From the IMG/VR virus record IMGVR_UViG_3300003691_000003, positions 14,097 through 78,096 of that record: DNA of 64,000 nt; one strand, written 5' to 3'. Under the pieces are notes generated by a model that was not told the DNA's origin, did no database searches, and saw only the letters and a program-made list of their open reading frames with translations. A program made the position numbers and the translations under genes. Source of the stretch: a virus (Duplodnaviria > Heunggongvirae > Uroviricota > Caudoviricetes). The number at the start of each line of letters is the position of its first letter. Position 1 is the first letter of the stretch. Shown one piece after another: positions 9,496 through 18,844 of this stretch.

Positions 9496-11304
9496 TTACT
9501 TACCTTCTAGATCTGTTACCTTAGTGTGTAACTCATTTATCGCATTGACCAGAACACCCACAAGGTGACCATAGTCCATGGAAGCAACTTTTCCATCTTT
9601 TCTTGAAACGATTTCAGGAAGAACCTTCTCCACCTCATCCGCAATAAGACCGATATCGGTTTTGCCACTAAATTCTCCGAGTCCTTGCGCCCAGTTATAT
9701 CGAACACCTCTGAGGCTATTGCATATATGTAGAGCATCATCAATAGTATGGATGTCATCTTTAAATTCCTCTGCAGAAGTTGCCTGAACTGTGAGTCCGG
9801 TAAGAGCTCCAGTAAATGCCCCAGTTGTACCTGTCAATCCACCTGTTAAAGTTCCCCCTGATAACTTCAAGTAAGAAGAGGATACGCCTGCCGGAGTAAC
9901 GGCTCGTCCGTTATCTGAACCTGCTGCTACCTCTGCGTTAGTAGCTAATTCTACAACTCCAGATGCCGTTGCAGATGCTGCTGGCAAGTAGCCTGGGTTA
10001 TTAATTGCAAACGATAGCCCTGCCGGAGTCACTACCCGCAATGCATCACTACCGGTATCAGTCTCAGTGTTAGTGGCTAGTTCTGCAACACCTTTTACCG
10101 AGGTGGAAGCGTCACTAACTGCAGCTCCTGTATTATCTAAAACAAACTTTAGAGATGCCGGAGTTACTGTGCGAGTAGTATCGGTTCCTGTAAGAGATTC
10201 TGCGTCTGTTGCTAATTCTGATTTACCAGCAGTCGTAGTAGTTGCTGCGGACACTGCTGCATTGGCATCAAAGTTACTAAGTGCAAATCCTAACCCTGCT
10301 GGAGTAACTGCAGTGTCAGTGGCTGATCCAGTATCGGCTTCTGCGTTAGTAGCTAACTGAACGGTACCATTGGCACTAGTAGTAGCAACTTGTCCGTTAA
10401 ATACATCCAATAGGGTAGCTGGAGTTATTGCTCTACCTGCATCCGTTAAGGCTAAGGCTTCTGCGGTGTTAGCAAGTTCTATAATTCCTGAAGCAGATGC
10501 ACTGGCGACTATTGTACCTAACACTGAAGGAGTAATGACCCTAGTAGCATCTGAAAGAGCTATGCCTTCAGCAGAAGTAGCTAATTCAACTATGCCTTCT
10601 ACTGAGTCTGTAGCAGAAACAACTCCGCCACCGTTTCCAGCAGCTGACCCTATGCCTTGTACGGCTAGAGTTGTTACGCTGTTAGAATCAATTTGTATAT
10701 CGCCATTAGCGAGCGTTACTACGAACACTCCGGTCCATCCAGAATCTGCCGTAGGAGTTATCTGTGCACCAGTAGTTGCTGCTGCACCAGTCTTAACACC
10801 TATCTCAATTACTCCAGTCATTATAGATCCTAGAGCACTAGGATTGAATGGGTCATAAGTAGGTAGGTTGTCAGTACCCGTAGTTACATCTACGAATCTA
10901 ACTTGTATAAGACTATCTGCTGATTGACCGCCAGTTACTGGAGGTACAAATGTAGGAGATGTATATTCATCAACTAATAGGGCTAACTTAGTTATAAGTC
11001 TAGCATCTATTCCGCTTATAGCTTCTTTAGTTGAGAAGAATCCCTGACTAAGAGTAAACGATAAAGTTGAAGGGGTGTATCCTATATCCGACACTAATAA
11101 GTCGGAATCACCTATGAGTCCACTAGTAAGCAATCCAGTAGTAACACCGTTTACAGTAGCAGCGTTTATAGCAGCATCTACACCGGATCCTAGGATTATA
11201 GCGTTATTATGTAAATCCGTTAGTGGACGGTTATCCACTGTGTAGTAGTAAGGATCTAGTGACGTAAAGAACTGAACAGTATTAAAAAGGTCTTGTATGG
11301 CCAT
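9496..11304 (-). CDS. tail fiber protein with phage fiber repeats and a C-terminal S74 intramolecular chaperone (autoproteolytic) domain
   Basis: Six ~35-aa repeats of the form G(V/I)xELAT(N/S)AE..G(S/T)D..R.VTPA(G/S)L, the phage tail fibre repeat type. The C-terminus DDIHTIDDALHICNSLRGVRYNW...GLIADEVEKVLPEIV...DYGHLVGVLVNAINEL matches the intramolecular chaperone / peptidase S74 domain of tail fibers and endosialidases. Confidence 0.8.
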   Translation of the reverse strand: MAIQDLFNTVQFFTSLDPYYYTVDNRPLTDLHNNAIILGSGVDAAINAATVNGVTTGLLTSGLIGDSDLLVSDIGYTPSTLSFTLSQGFFSTKEAISGIDARLITKLALLVDEYTSPTFVPPVTGGQSADSLIQVRFVDVTTGTDNLPTYDPFNPSALGSIMTGVIEIGVKTGAAATTGAQITPTADSGWTGVFVVTLANGDIQIDSNSVTTLAVQGIGSAAGNGGGVVSATDSVEGIVELATSAEGIALSDATRVITPSVLGTIVASASASGIIELANTAEALALTDAGRAITPATLLDVFNGQVATTSANGTVQLATNAEADTGSATDTAVTPAGLGFALSNFDANAAVSAATTTTAGKSELATDAESLTGTDTTRTVTPASLKFVLDNTGAAVSDASTSVKGVAELATNTETDTGSDALRVVTPAGLSFAINNPGYLPAASATASGVVELATNAEVAAGSDNGRAVTPAGVSSSYLKLSGGTLTGGLTGTTGAFTGALTGLTVQATSAEEFKDDIHTIDDALHICNSLRGVRYNWAQGLGEFSGKTDIGLIADEVEKVLPEIVSRKDGKVASMDYGHLVGVLVNAINELHTKVTDLEGK

Positions 11305-11403
11305 TGAAGTATCTCGTATTATCGATAATTAATTATAAGGAACTGGTGTTCCTGTTAGAGCTCTGGTACTATTTTAGTATGATTAAAACATTGGAGAGCA
11401 TAT

Positions 11404-11886
11404 ATGATAACTAGATATGGAATTACTTTCAACTATAATGGTGATAGATTACGTTGGATCTGGCCTTGGGCCCGAAAACAAGGCCTTAAATACGTGTCTA
11501 TGAAGACAGTGGATAGGTATAAGTCATTATCACACTACTGGTCTTTAAGGGCAACATTAGAGGAGACTATGAGAAGAGATAAGATGATGGGGTTTGACTT
11601 AGTAAGTATGGTCGAGGCGTACGTGTCTGTTAAATCACCTAGTGGTAAAGTAGTAGTGGTACTGGGGCAAAAGCTACTTAACAAAATAAAAGGCAATGTG
11701 TTGCTTGATAAGCATAAAGTTCAGACCTTAGGCGTATTTGATTCAGTAATGCTAAGAGTAGATGATAGCAGAGATGGGGTAGATCTTATGCGTAGCATAG
11801 ATCCGGAGCTTGGCATAGCTATGCTGTTTACAGATGGCAAGGTAGTTCAAACTAACGTCAATAATGACGTAAAGCTTATTTCTTAA
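11404..11886 (+). CDS. hypothetical protein
   Basis: 160-aa ORF, the first plus-strand gene after the structural block. RBS ggagagcatatATG. Confidence 0.5.
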   Translation: MITRYGITFNYNGDRLRWIWPWARKQGLKYVSMKTVDRYKSLSHYWSLRATLEETMRRDKMMGFDLVSMVEAYVSVKSPSGKVVVVLGQKLLNKIKGNVLLDKHKVQTLGVFDSVMLRVDDSRDGVDLMRSIDPELGIAMLFTDGKVVQTNVNNDVKLIS

Positions 11887-11899
11887 AGATCTAAAAAAC

Positions 11900-11924
11900 T
11901 GGTATAAGCCTTATGTAGATACTT
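11900..11924 (+). promoter_or_regulatory. extended -10 promoter copy 2
   Basis: TGGTATAAGCCTTATGTAGATAC upstream of the SNF2 helicase. Confidence 0.5.
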
Positions 11925-11943
11925 ATTCATAGGAGGATTAGAA

Positions 11944-13935
11944 ATGAAAGTATGTTTTTCGAATAATAAAAAAAGGATTCTTTTTAGACCTAACCCTAAA
12001 AACCCTATGGAGATACGAGCATTACGCAAGTTTGCAGGGGGTACTTTAGAGTCTAATGGGGATATATCATGCCCTGCAAAAATCAACGTAGCGTATAACT
12101 TGGTAAGACGGTTTAGTAAGAAATTCAGCAAGTACCTATCTATTGATACTGACGTAGATAAGTTTATATCCAAAGAATTCAAGCTTAAGGCTATACCAGA
12201 TAGCTTCAGTTACTTCACAACTCCTTTAAAACACCAAGAGATAGCCCTTAGGTATTTGTATACTGTTGGGTCTGCTGGTATTCTTTTAGATCCTGGCCTA
12301 GGCAAGACTAAGGTAATCTTGGATTATATGGCTCTTATGAAGTTTGGTAAGTCTCTTATAGTATGTCCTAAGGCATTACTCTTTGTGTGGGAAGAGGAAA
12401 TAGAGAAACATAGACCTGATTTAACTGGGTATATTGTTAAATCTACTACCTGGGGAATGCAGATAATAAACTTAGAAAAGAAACGTTTTCCAGAAGCTAC
12501 GGAGCGCAAGAAAGTACTAAAAGAAGGGAAGTACGACGTAGAGGAGCGCATAGTAGTATTAAAAGAAAGGTGGGAACTCCTCAAGGAGAAGAAGCTCGCT
12601 AAGCTACGTGAAGGCTGGGACGATGATAAGTATAATATAGCTAAGCATGACATCATAATAGTTAATTACGATAAAGTAGTTACTGGGCAGTATTACTTTG
12701 AGAAATTAGGTTTCGACTTTATAAGCGTAGACGAAGGGTTGATCAAAGACCCTAAGACAGAACGTACCAAAGCAGTGACAAGGCTAGGCAAGAGAATACC
12801 CTACCGATCTATTATGTCTGGGACATTAATAAACAACTCCCCACTTGACGTATTCGCACCCGTTCGTTTCCTAGAACCCTCATTGACAGGATCTGCTTTC
12901 ATAAAGTTCAGAGATAGATACTGTACAGTCATAAAGCCTAAGGCTAACCCTAATGCTGTCAAACAATTCACTGGATCGTTTATAGCTGGGTATAACGACG
13001 TAGATGAGGTTCGCTCTATACTGGAATCTTGCAGCATAGTTATGTCTAAGGATGAATGGTTGGATTTGCCTCCTAAGAAATTCCATAATATATATTGTGA
13101 TATGTCGGATGAACAGCAGGTTCATTACGAAAACCTAGCTACGAATTATATAACTAAGGTTGGAGAAGATTATGTAGAAGTAGATTCGGCCCTTACAGTG
13201 ATGTGTAAGTTATCTCAGATACCTAACGGATTTATATACATATATAACGAAGAAGAATTAGACGAACTAGTCAACGATGACGATAGTGAGTTTGATGACT
13301 TGGATTTAGTACCAGAAGATTCAGTAGAGGATGTGCCTGAGGTAAAGCGAATACGTAAGACTCACTTCTTTAAAGCTCAACCGAAGATAGATAAGTTCAG
13401 AACTTTGTACAGAGAGAAGCTACATAACCGAAAGTTTATAATGTGGTATAACATGTCTGCTGAAGCTGAAATAATAGAGAAAGAGTTTGCTAGTAGTGGC
13501 GTAAGCTATTTATCTATAAAAGGTGGGGAGAAAGATACTGGCGGTAAGGTTAAACGATTTAACACTGACCCTTCTATACAGATACTATTATGTCAGGCTA
13601 AGTCGGTTAACTACGGAATAACGGTACTAGGATCTACGCCTGAGAAGCTAGAAGCTAATGGCATACAGGTAGTGCCGGATATAAACCCTTCAGTATTTAC
13701 CCAAGTGTTTTATAGTCTCAACTATAGCTTAGAATTGTTCTTGCAACAGCAGGATAGGTGTCATCGCATAGGTCAAGATAAGGAAGTAGATTACTATCTA
13801 TTACTTACAAGAAATACGACCGATATGGATATACTAAGTAGACTGGATGAGAAAATGAACATACGTGCCAGCATACTGGTAGACGTTTTAAATTTATTAA
13901 AAGAGAGGATAGGTAACAAAGGTGGCGACATATAA
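11944..13935 (+). CDS. SNF2-family DNA-dependent ATPase / helicase
   Basis: Motif I LLDPGLGKTKVIL, motif II DEGLIK (DExH-like), and the C-terminal SNF2 signature QQQDRCHRIGQDKEV (motif VI, Q..R.HRIGQ). Confidence 0.8.
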   Translation: MKVCFSNNKKRILFRPNPKNPMEIRALRKFAGGTLESNGDISCPAKINVAYNLVRRFSKKFSKYLSIDTDVDKFISKEFKLKAIPDSFSYFTTPLKHQEIALRYLYTVGSAGILLDPGLGKTKVILDYMALMKFGKSLIVCPKALLFVWEEEIEKHRPDLTGYIVKSTTWGMQIINLEKKRFPEATERKKVLKEGKYDVEERIVVLKERWELLKEKKLAKLREGWDDDKYNIAKHDIIIVNYDKVVTGQYYFEKLGFDFISVDEGLIKDPKTERTKAVTRLGKRIPYRSIMSGTLINNSPLDVFAPVRFLEPSLTGSAFIKFRDRYCTVIKPKANPNAVKQFTGSFIAGYNDVDEVRSILESCSIVMSKDEWLDLPPKKFHNIYCDMSDEQQVHYENLATNYITKVGEDYVEVDSALTVMCKLSQIPNGFIYIYNEEELDELVNDDDSEFDDLDLVPEDSVEDVPEVKRIRKTHFFKAQPKIDKFRTLYREKLHNRKFIMWYNMSAEAEIIEKEFASSGVSYLSIKGGEKDTGGKVKRFNTDPSIQILLCQAKSVNYGITVLGSTPEKLEANGIQVVPDINPSVFTQVFYSLNYSLELFLQQQDRCHRIGQDKEVDYYLLLTRNTTDMDILSRLDEKMNIRASILVDVLNLLKERIGNKGGDI

Positions 13936-14278
13936 TGTTTATGAATCAACTTATGGTACTAGTACTTCTGGAACTGGTACTGATTGGGGTAGTGGTACAG
14001 CCACAGGTACTACTTATGCTAGTATCTCTGGTGGAACATATCAGACAGTCAATTGGGAAACAGAAACCGAAAGAGTAGTATTGGACAACGAAAGGAACAT
14101 GGTCTTTAGGATGCTCCCCCAAAAGAAACATAGTTGGATGGGTTCTATTTTTCCAAAAAAGGGACTCAATAAGGCAGACGTAAGAAAGATATTCATAGGA
14201 AGAAAATTTATAATCAAGGCTACTAGAGGTCACCCTCCAAGCTCTGACCACATGCTATCAAATTACTTATTTGAGTAG
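13922..14278 (+). CDS. hypothetical Gly/Thr/Ser-rich protein (uncertain)
   Basis: 118-aa ORF overlapping the helicase stop. Low-complexity N-terminus GTSTSGTGTDWGSGTATGT. A competing antisense ORF exists at 13946..14251. Confidence 0.3.
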   Translation: MATYNVYESTYGTSTSGTGTDWGSGTATGTTYASISGGTYQTVNWETETERVVLDNERNMVFRMLPQKKHSWMGSIFPKKGLNKADVRKIFIGRKFIIKATRGHPPSSDHMLSNYLFE

Positions 14279-14283
14279 ATTCT

Positions 14284-14308
14284 TGGTATAAGTAATATGA
14301 GGAGAAAT
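14284..14308 (+). promoter_or_regulatory. extended -10 promoter copy 3
   Basis: TGGTATAAGTAATATGAGGAGAAAT. Confidence 0.5.
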
Positions 14309-14311
14309 ATT

Positions 14312-14521
14312 ATGAATACTTTGATCAAATACATACTACTAGTAATTGCGGTTCTCGGTTTACTTCTTGGAGGAGGAGGGTGGATGTTCAGCTTAGGCTT
14401 ACAGATACTAATCGCACCGCTAATGTTCTTGGGATATATATTCTTGTTCCTATTCGGTCTATACGCTGCAGCCAATGTAGTAGCTCTACTATTTGGTGGC
14501 TTTTCAAACAAAAGAGGGTAG
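14312..14521 (+). CDS. small membrane protein
   Basis: GAGGAG RBS then ATG at 14312. Two hydrophobic helices (LIKYILLVIAVLGLLLGGGGWMF...LMFLGYIFLFLFGLYAAANVVALLFG). Lies downstream of promoter copy 3. Confidence 0.5.
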   Translation: MNTLIKYILLVIAVLGLLLGGGGWMFSLGLQILIAPLMFLGYIFLFLFGLYAAANVVALLFGGFSNKRG

Positions 14522-14551
14522 CTCCTCTTTTTTATATGGTAAAAAATAATA

Positions 14552-16126
14552 ATGAAAGATTCAATACTCGACTACTTCCCATTCGAGGAAGCTCGCGCAT
14601 CTCAAAAACAAGTTATACCCTTAATACAAAAAGCGTACGAGGACGGCAAGAAAGTAGTAATACTAGAAAGCCCTGTAGGTTCTGGCAAGTCTGCTATGGC
14701 TATGACTATAGCTAGATTCTATGGTAATAGTCACATACTTACTCCTAGAAAGGCGCTGCAAGATCAATACTACAATGATTTTAAAGACCATGTCACTGTA
14801 ATGAAAGGCAGGGCAGCTTATCCGTGCTATTGGGAACTAGGACACACGTTTGATAAATCCTATTATCAAAAAAATATAGAGCTTGGTAAACCCTTATATA
14901 TGAGCAAAGATATAATAACTACTGCAAGCGGTCCATGTAGCCATGCAAAAAACGGTAAAGAGAACTTCCAGAAATGCATGGAAGTACATACCATTTGCCC
15001 ATACGCTAGGGCAATAGACGTGGCTAACGATTCAGATCATATAATTCATAACCTGCACGGGTTTATATACCAAGCTAACTTCGCAGAAAGATTCGAGGTT
15101 AGGGACTTGCTAGTGGTTGATGAGGCTCATGATCTCGAAGGTATAGTACGTGGCTTTACTTCTAGGACGATAACAGTGGTTAAGCGACTTAGCCAAATGC
15201 CAGGAGTAACTATCCCCGAGTTCAAGCACTTAGATGAATGGATAGATTGGTTTCAGACAGAAGACTTTACTCCTAGGGACAGAAAATCGAAAGAAGACTT
15301 CGAGGAGTCTGTGGATAAGCTGGAAGCATCTAAGATGTCAGAGTTTGTCGTGGAGGTAGATGAGGATAGTTATAAAAGAACTACCAAGTTCAAGTTCACT
15401 CCTATAAGCATAGGAACTATGCCGCACTCTCTCATACTGAGCTTCGGTAAGCGTGTGTTGCTTATGTCTGGGACGATATATAACAAAGATACATTCTGTA
15501 GAAGTATAGGCATAAAGCCAGATGATGCTCATTTCATTAGAGTAGGTAGTTCCTTTCCCGTAGAGAAAAGGCCTATATACATGAAGAGGAAGTATCTACA
15601 CGATACGTCTCACGCAGGGTGGTCAAGAAATTTAACAGAAATTGGTATAAGTATACTGAAGATACTTGACGTCTACTCAGATGTCAAAGGCATAATACAT
15701 GTATCTTCTTACTCCGCTATGAACGATATTATGAGTACCGTAAAAAGTAGTAGGTTAATTGCACACGACAGAGAGGATGCTATAAATGGGTTGGATAATT
15801 TTTTTAAATCAGAAGGTAACGGAGTTCTAGTGTCACCTATCTGTCATCAAGGGGTAGACTTTAAAGATGATAGAGCAAGATTTCAAATAGTAACAAGAGT
15901 GCCTTATGCTAATACAGGGGACGTGTTTATACATCATAAAGTAAAGACGGATTTCCCATGGTATAACTTGCAGGCTCTAGTTAAGTTTGGTCAAATACTA
16001 GGCAGAGTTAATCGCTCAGAATCAGATTATGGAGCTACTATTCTACTAGATGAACGTTTCGAGAAATTCATCAACAGGAATCGTAGACTTATACCGAATT
16101 GGATTTTAGAAGCAATTCTAAAATAA
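14552..16126 (+). CDS. DinG/Rad3 (XPD)-like Fe-S DNA helicase
   Basis: Walker A ESPVGSGKS and DEAH box VVDEAHDL. A four-Cys cluster (C...C...C...CPY) sits between motifs I and II as in Rad3/DinG Fe-S helicases. C-terminal helicase motif QGVDFKDDRARFQIVTRVPY. Confidence 0.8.
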   Translation: MKDSILDYFPFEEARASQKQVIPLIQKAYEDGKKVVILESPVGSGKSAMAMTIARFYGNSHILTPRKALQDQYYNDFKDHVTVMKGRAAYPCYWELGHTFDKSYYQKNIELGKPLYMSKDIITTASGPCSHAKNGKENFQKCMEVHTICPYARAIDVANDSDHIIHNLHGFIYQANFAERFEVRDLLVVDEAHDLEGIVRGFTSRTITVVKRLSQMPGVTIPEFKHLDEWIDWFQTEDFTPRDRKSKEDFEESVDKLEASKMSEFVVEVDEDSYKRTTKFKFTPISIGTMPHSLILSFGKRVLLMSGTIYNKDTFCRSIGIKPDDAHFIRVGSSFPVEKRPIYMKRKYLHDTSHAGWSRNLTEIGISILKILDVYSDVKGIIHVSSYSAMNDIMSTVKSSRLIAHDREDAINGLDNFFKSEGNGVLVSPICHQGVDFKDDRARFQIVTRVPYANTGDVFIHHKVKTDFPWYNLQALVKFGQILGRVNRSESDYGATILLDERFEKFINRNRRLIPNWILEAILK

Positions 16127-16142
16127 GTTACGGAGAATAAAA

Positions 16143-16343
16143 ATGTTAGAACGTGTATTGACTTTAAATCAAGATATAGAAGCAGAAACTAAAAATCATA
16201 TCGACGATTTAAATTTTGTTAGTGATATTGTTAATTGTGTTAATAGCTTAACTTGCAACGAAGCGACTGAAGTCCTCAGTGGGGATTTCGGAGATAGGAT
16301 TCAACGAGAGGTTCACCTATCGAGTACCTTAGGGAACTACTAG
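16143..16343 (+). CDS. hypothetical protein
   Basis: 66-aa ORF with RBS ggagaataaaaATG. Confidence 0.4.
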   Translation: MLERVLTLNQDIEAETKNHIDDLNFVSDIVNCVNSLTCNEATEVLSGDFGDRIQREVHLSSTLGNY

Positions 16344-16441
16344 TACTCCCGTAGCAAGTTACAGTAAAAACATACAACAATAAATTACTACAGAGGGTAC
16401 TAGCATGAGCTGGAACTGGTCAGGACAAGGATTAAACGGCA

Positions 16442-16633
16442 ATGGGTCAGGAAATAACAATGGAGGCGAGAAGAAATAGCATGACTAAGAAGGCTGGAAT
16501 AGGTAAGCGAAAAATAAACAACTTGGTTGCCAAGCATTCCGGTACGTTTAACAGGTCGTCCGTTCAGAGAGATAGAACGAAATTCTACAAGAAATATAAG
16601 CACAAAGGTCAAGATCTCGATTCAAACGAGTGA
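16442..16633 (+). CDS. small basic protein
   Basis: 63-aa Lys/Arg-rich ORF ending just before a strong bidirectional terminator. Confidence 0.35.
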   Translation: MGQEITMEARRNSMTKKAGIGKRKINNLVAKHSGTFNRSSVQRDRTKFYKKYKHKGQDLDSNE

Positions 16634-16646
16634 CCTTTGAGCTATG

Positions 16647-16676
16647 GAAGCCCACTAATCCTGGGCTTCATTTTTT
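16647..16676. terminator. bidirectional rho-independent terminator between convergent genes
   Basis: GAAGCCCA-ctaatcc-TGGGCTTC followed by ATTTTTT. Lies between 16442..16633 (+) and the sigma factor gene (-). Confidence 0.7.
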
Positions 16677-17440
16677 AGATAGTATTTTTTTAGCAACCTG
16701 ATAGCTTCACTTCGTTTAGCACGAACCATGTCTTTAGGCATGCTCATTTCCCTAGCAACAGACGCAGCTCTGCGTTCCTTGCCAGTATCCATGCCAAAAG
16801 TTAAGTATACAATTCTAGATAAGTCCTCTGGAAGAGTCGTCAATGCATTGTGTAGAAAGGTAGATTCTATTTCAGTTTCTATAGCACCTTCGAACGGATT
16901 TATTAGCTTTTCCGATTCTGTTACATCTTCAAAGAAGTAAGTTAGGTACCTGGTTTTAGATAATTCATTAAGATCCTTTCTGGCAACATCGGGGAAGCGC
17001 TCACACAGTTCATCCAAGGTAAGAGGTACTTCCCTTGAGTTCTGAGCCTTTAATATCCTGGTAGATAACTGCTGCTTCCATATAGGCAGGGCAACTACTC
17101 TCATCTGGGACATAGCCTTGAGCTGTCTCTGTAAAACCCACCAACCTGCATAGGTCAGGAACTTTACTCCAGTGTGGTGATCAAATTTATTGAAGCCCAC
17201 TAGCAAGCCTTCATTACCGGCAGCTATTAAGTCTTCGAATTGGTTCTGATCATTTCGGGAAAGGTCTTTTGCTTTTTTAAAAACATATCGCAAATTTGCT
17301 TTAATAACAACATCTCTGGCCCTACTGCGTTCTTTCTCAGGAAGGTCCTTGTTATAGTAAGTCTTAAATAGTTCTTGTTCCTCCTCACGACTAAGCATTT
17401 TTTGCTTACATATTTCGTCATAATATTTCGTGAGATCCAC
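16655..17440 (-). CDS. sigma-70 family RNA polymerase sigma factor
   Basis: Region 2: DLIAAGNEGLLVGFNKFD...GVKFLTYAGWWVLQRQL (compare DLIQEGNIGLMKAVEKFD..GFKFSTYATWWIRQAI). Region 4 HTH: ASVAREMSMPKDMVRAKRSEAIRLLKK. A lone minus-strand gene among plus-strand genes. Confidence 0.8.
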   Translation of the reverse strand: MDLTKYYDEICKQKMLSREEEQELFKTYYNKDLPEKERSRARDVVIKANLRYVFKKAKDLSRNDQNQFEDLIAAGNEGLLVGFNKFDHHTGVKFLTYAGWWVLQRQLKAMSQMRVVALPIWKQQLSTRILKAQNSREVPLTLDELCERFPDVARKDLNELSKTRYLTYFFEDVTESEKLINPFEGAIETEIESTFLHNALTTLPEDLSRIVYLTFGMDTGKERRAASVAREMSMPKDMVRAKRSEAIRLLKKYYLKNEAQD

Positions 17441-17534
17441 TCTATAAGTATCCTCTTAGGTTTGATTTCAAGTGTAGTATATGATAATATGCCACCTCCT
17501 ATAAAGTCAAGTCCTAGTATACGAGAGGGTATAT

Positions 17535-17744
17535 ATGTCAGTTATTAACGTAGAAGTATCTACTAACCAAGACGGAATCACAGAATTACACTTCAAGTCT
17601 AGACGTGCTTCTGAAGAATCCAAAGATATTTTAGATCAAATATTGTTCGCTACTGTAGCTCCTGGGCTACGCAGAGGTGGATACATCAATTCAAATTCTG
17701 TAAAAATACAATTTAAGCCAGACAATTCCACAAAAACGAAATAG
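17535..17744 (+). CDS. hypothetical protein
   Basis: 69-aa ORF with RBS gagagggtatatATG. Confidence 0.4.
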   Translation: MSVINVEVSTNQDGITELHFKSRRASEESKDILDQILFATVAPGLRRGGYINSNSVKIQFKPDNSTKTK

Positions 17745-17745
17745 G

Positions 17746-17770
17746 TGGTATAAGCAATATGGTCATGGAA
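17746..17770 (+). promoter_or_regulatory. extended -10 promoter copy 4
   Basis: TGGTATAAGCAATATGGTCATGG. Confidence 0.4.
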
Positions 17771-17952
17771 AAGAATAGCCACATCTCTATCACTGCCAAG
17801 GAACTTGAGCAGTTTAGAGACACGGGCGAAGTACCAGATCGAATAAAAGAGGTATGGGGTTATGGGGTTCATGAGCTCCATGAAATTATCATAAGTAACC
17901 AATATTCTCTTTTACCTTAAATATTACATCATTATCCGGAGAAAATAAAAAG

Positions 17953-18795
17953 ATGAGTAATTTAGATGCAGTAAAGGAAGCCTTAGAGGGTCTTCCCAAA
18001 GCAGTAAAGCAAAACGCAACAGATCTTCTAGAGAGAATGGAAGCAGTTGTAGAGGGAATCGGAGATTCTGATAGAGGGTGGAGTCCACCATTCTTGAAGC
18101 TTATCCAACCGACTACTGGAGAGATTCCAGATGGAGCGGGTATAGGAAGCCTTGTTGTAGGAGACGAGATTCTTGTAAAGAAGAAGGGCGAAGCTCTTCC
18201 GGTAATCCCAATTCGTACTTGGTCTACTAGACAGTACTGGGATCCAGATCCAAATAGTCCAACTCTGTTATGTAACAGTCCAGACGCTAAGACAGGCTAT
18301 AAGTATGGTCAGTGTTACGGATGTACATTTGCACAATGGGAAGATGGAGTAGGTTCGGCCTGCAATAAGAGCAAAGTATTTTTAGCTATAACGGCAGACT
18401 TAGCTCACATCGTACAGGTGTCCTTCACTAAGGGTTCTTTCAAAAGTGGTAACGCTTGGGAAGCTAAGCTTAAACGTGCCGGAGTATCTCCTTACAAACG
18501 CATATACGACCTATCTACTGAGAAGCACGCAAAAGCTCCGACTTTTTTAATCGGTGCCGAGCCTTCAGGTGATAGACCGGATCCTAAGATCATTGGATTT
18601 TTAACTGCTTTGTTCGCTAGTACTTCAGCTGATAGAACTGAGTTCTTAGCTAAGTTCTATGAAGGCGTTAAGAATAAACAAGCGTCACAGCCACCTGCGC
18701 TAACAAGCGAAGACCAGGCAGTTGAAGTAGAAGTTATTGCTGCAAGTGATCAGCCTGCAGATGATAAATCTGATTCAAAAGGCTATGAACTGTAG
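17953..18795 (+). CDS. hypothetical zinc-binding protein with an acidic C-terminal tail, possibly an ssDNA-binding/recombination partner of the downstream nuclease
   Basis: 280 aa. Four-Cys cluster CNSPDAKTGYKYGQCYGCTFAQWEDGVGSAC. The acidic C-terminus (EVEVIAASDQPADDKSD) recalls SSB tails. It is followed by a strong terminator and then the Cas4-like nuclease operon. Confidence 0.3.
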   Translation: MSNLDAVKEALEGLPKAVKQNATDLLERMEAVVEGIGDSDRGWSPPFLKLIQPTTGEIPDGAGIGSLVVGDEILVKKKGEALPVIPIRTWSTRQYWDPDPNSPTLLCNSPDAKTGYKYGQCYGCTFAQWEDGVGSACNKSKVFLAITADLAHIVQVSFTKGSFKSGNAWEAKLKRAGVSPYKRIYDLSTEKHAKAPTFLIGAEPSGDRPDPKIIGFLTALFASTSADRTEFLAKFYEGVKNKQASQPPALTSEDQAVEVEVIAASDQPADDKSDSKGYEL

Positions 18796-18813
18796 TTCTT
18801 AATGTAAGTTAAA

Positions 18814-18842
18814 GGAGAGAGGCTTTTGCCTCTCTTTTTTTT
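18814..18842 (+). terminator. rho-independent terminator
   Basis: GGAGAGAGGC-TTTT-GCCTCTCTC followed by a T8 tract. Confidence 0.75.
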
Positions 18843-18844
18843 AA

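Noticed and set aside
8328-10858. Plus-strand ORFs antisense to the tail fiber genes (8328..8741, 8742..8963, 9578..9787, 10067..10360, 10370..10858)
   Set aside because: They give Ala/Ser/Val-rich low-complexity translations that mirror the Gly/Ala/Thr-rich fiber repeats on the other strand. They have no RBS.
12324-13125. Minus-strand ORFs inside the SNF2 helicase gene
   Set aside because: They are antisense to a gene with canonical helicase motifs and have no ribosome-binding sites.
13946-14251. Minus-strand 101-aa ORF overlapping plus-strand 13922..14278
   Set aside because: Both are low-complexity. The plus-strand one matches the local gene orientation and was kept at low confidence. 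The minus-strand one is treated as spurious.
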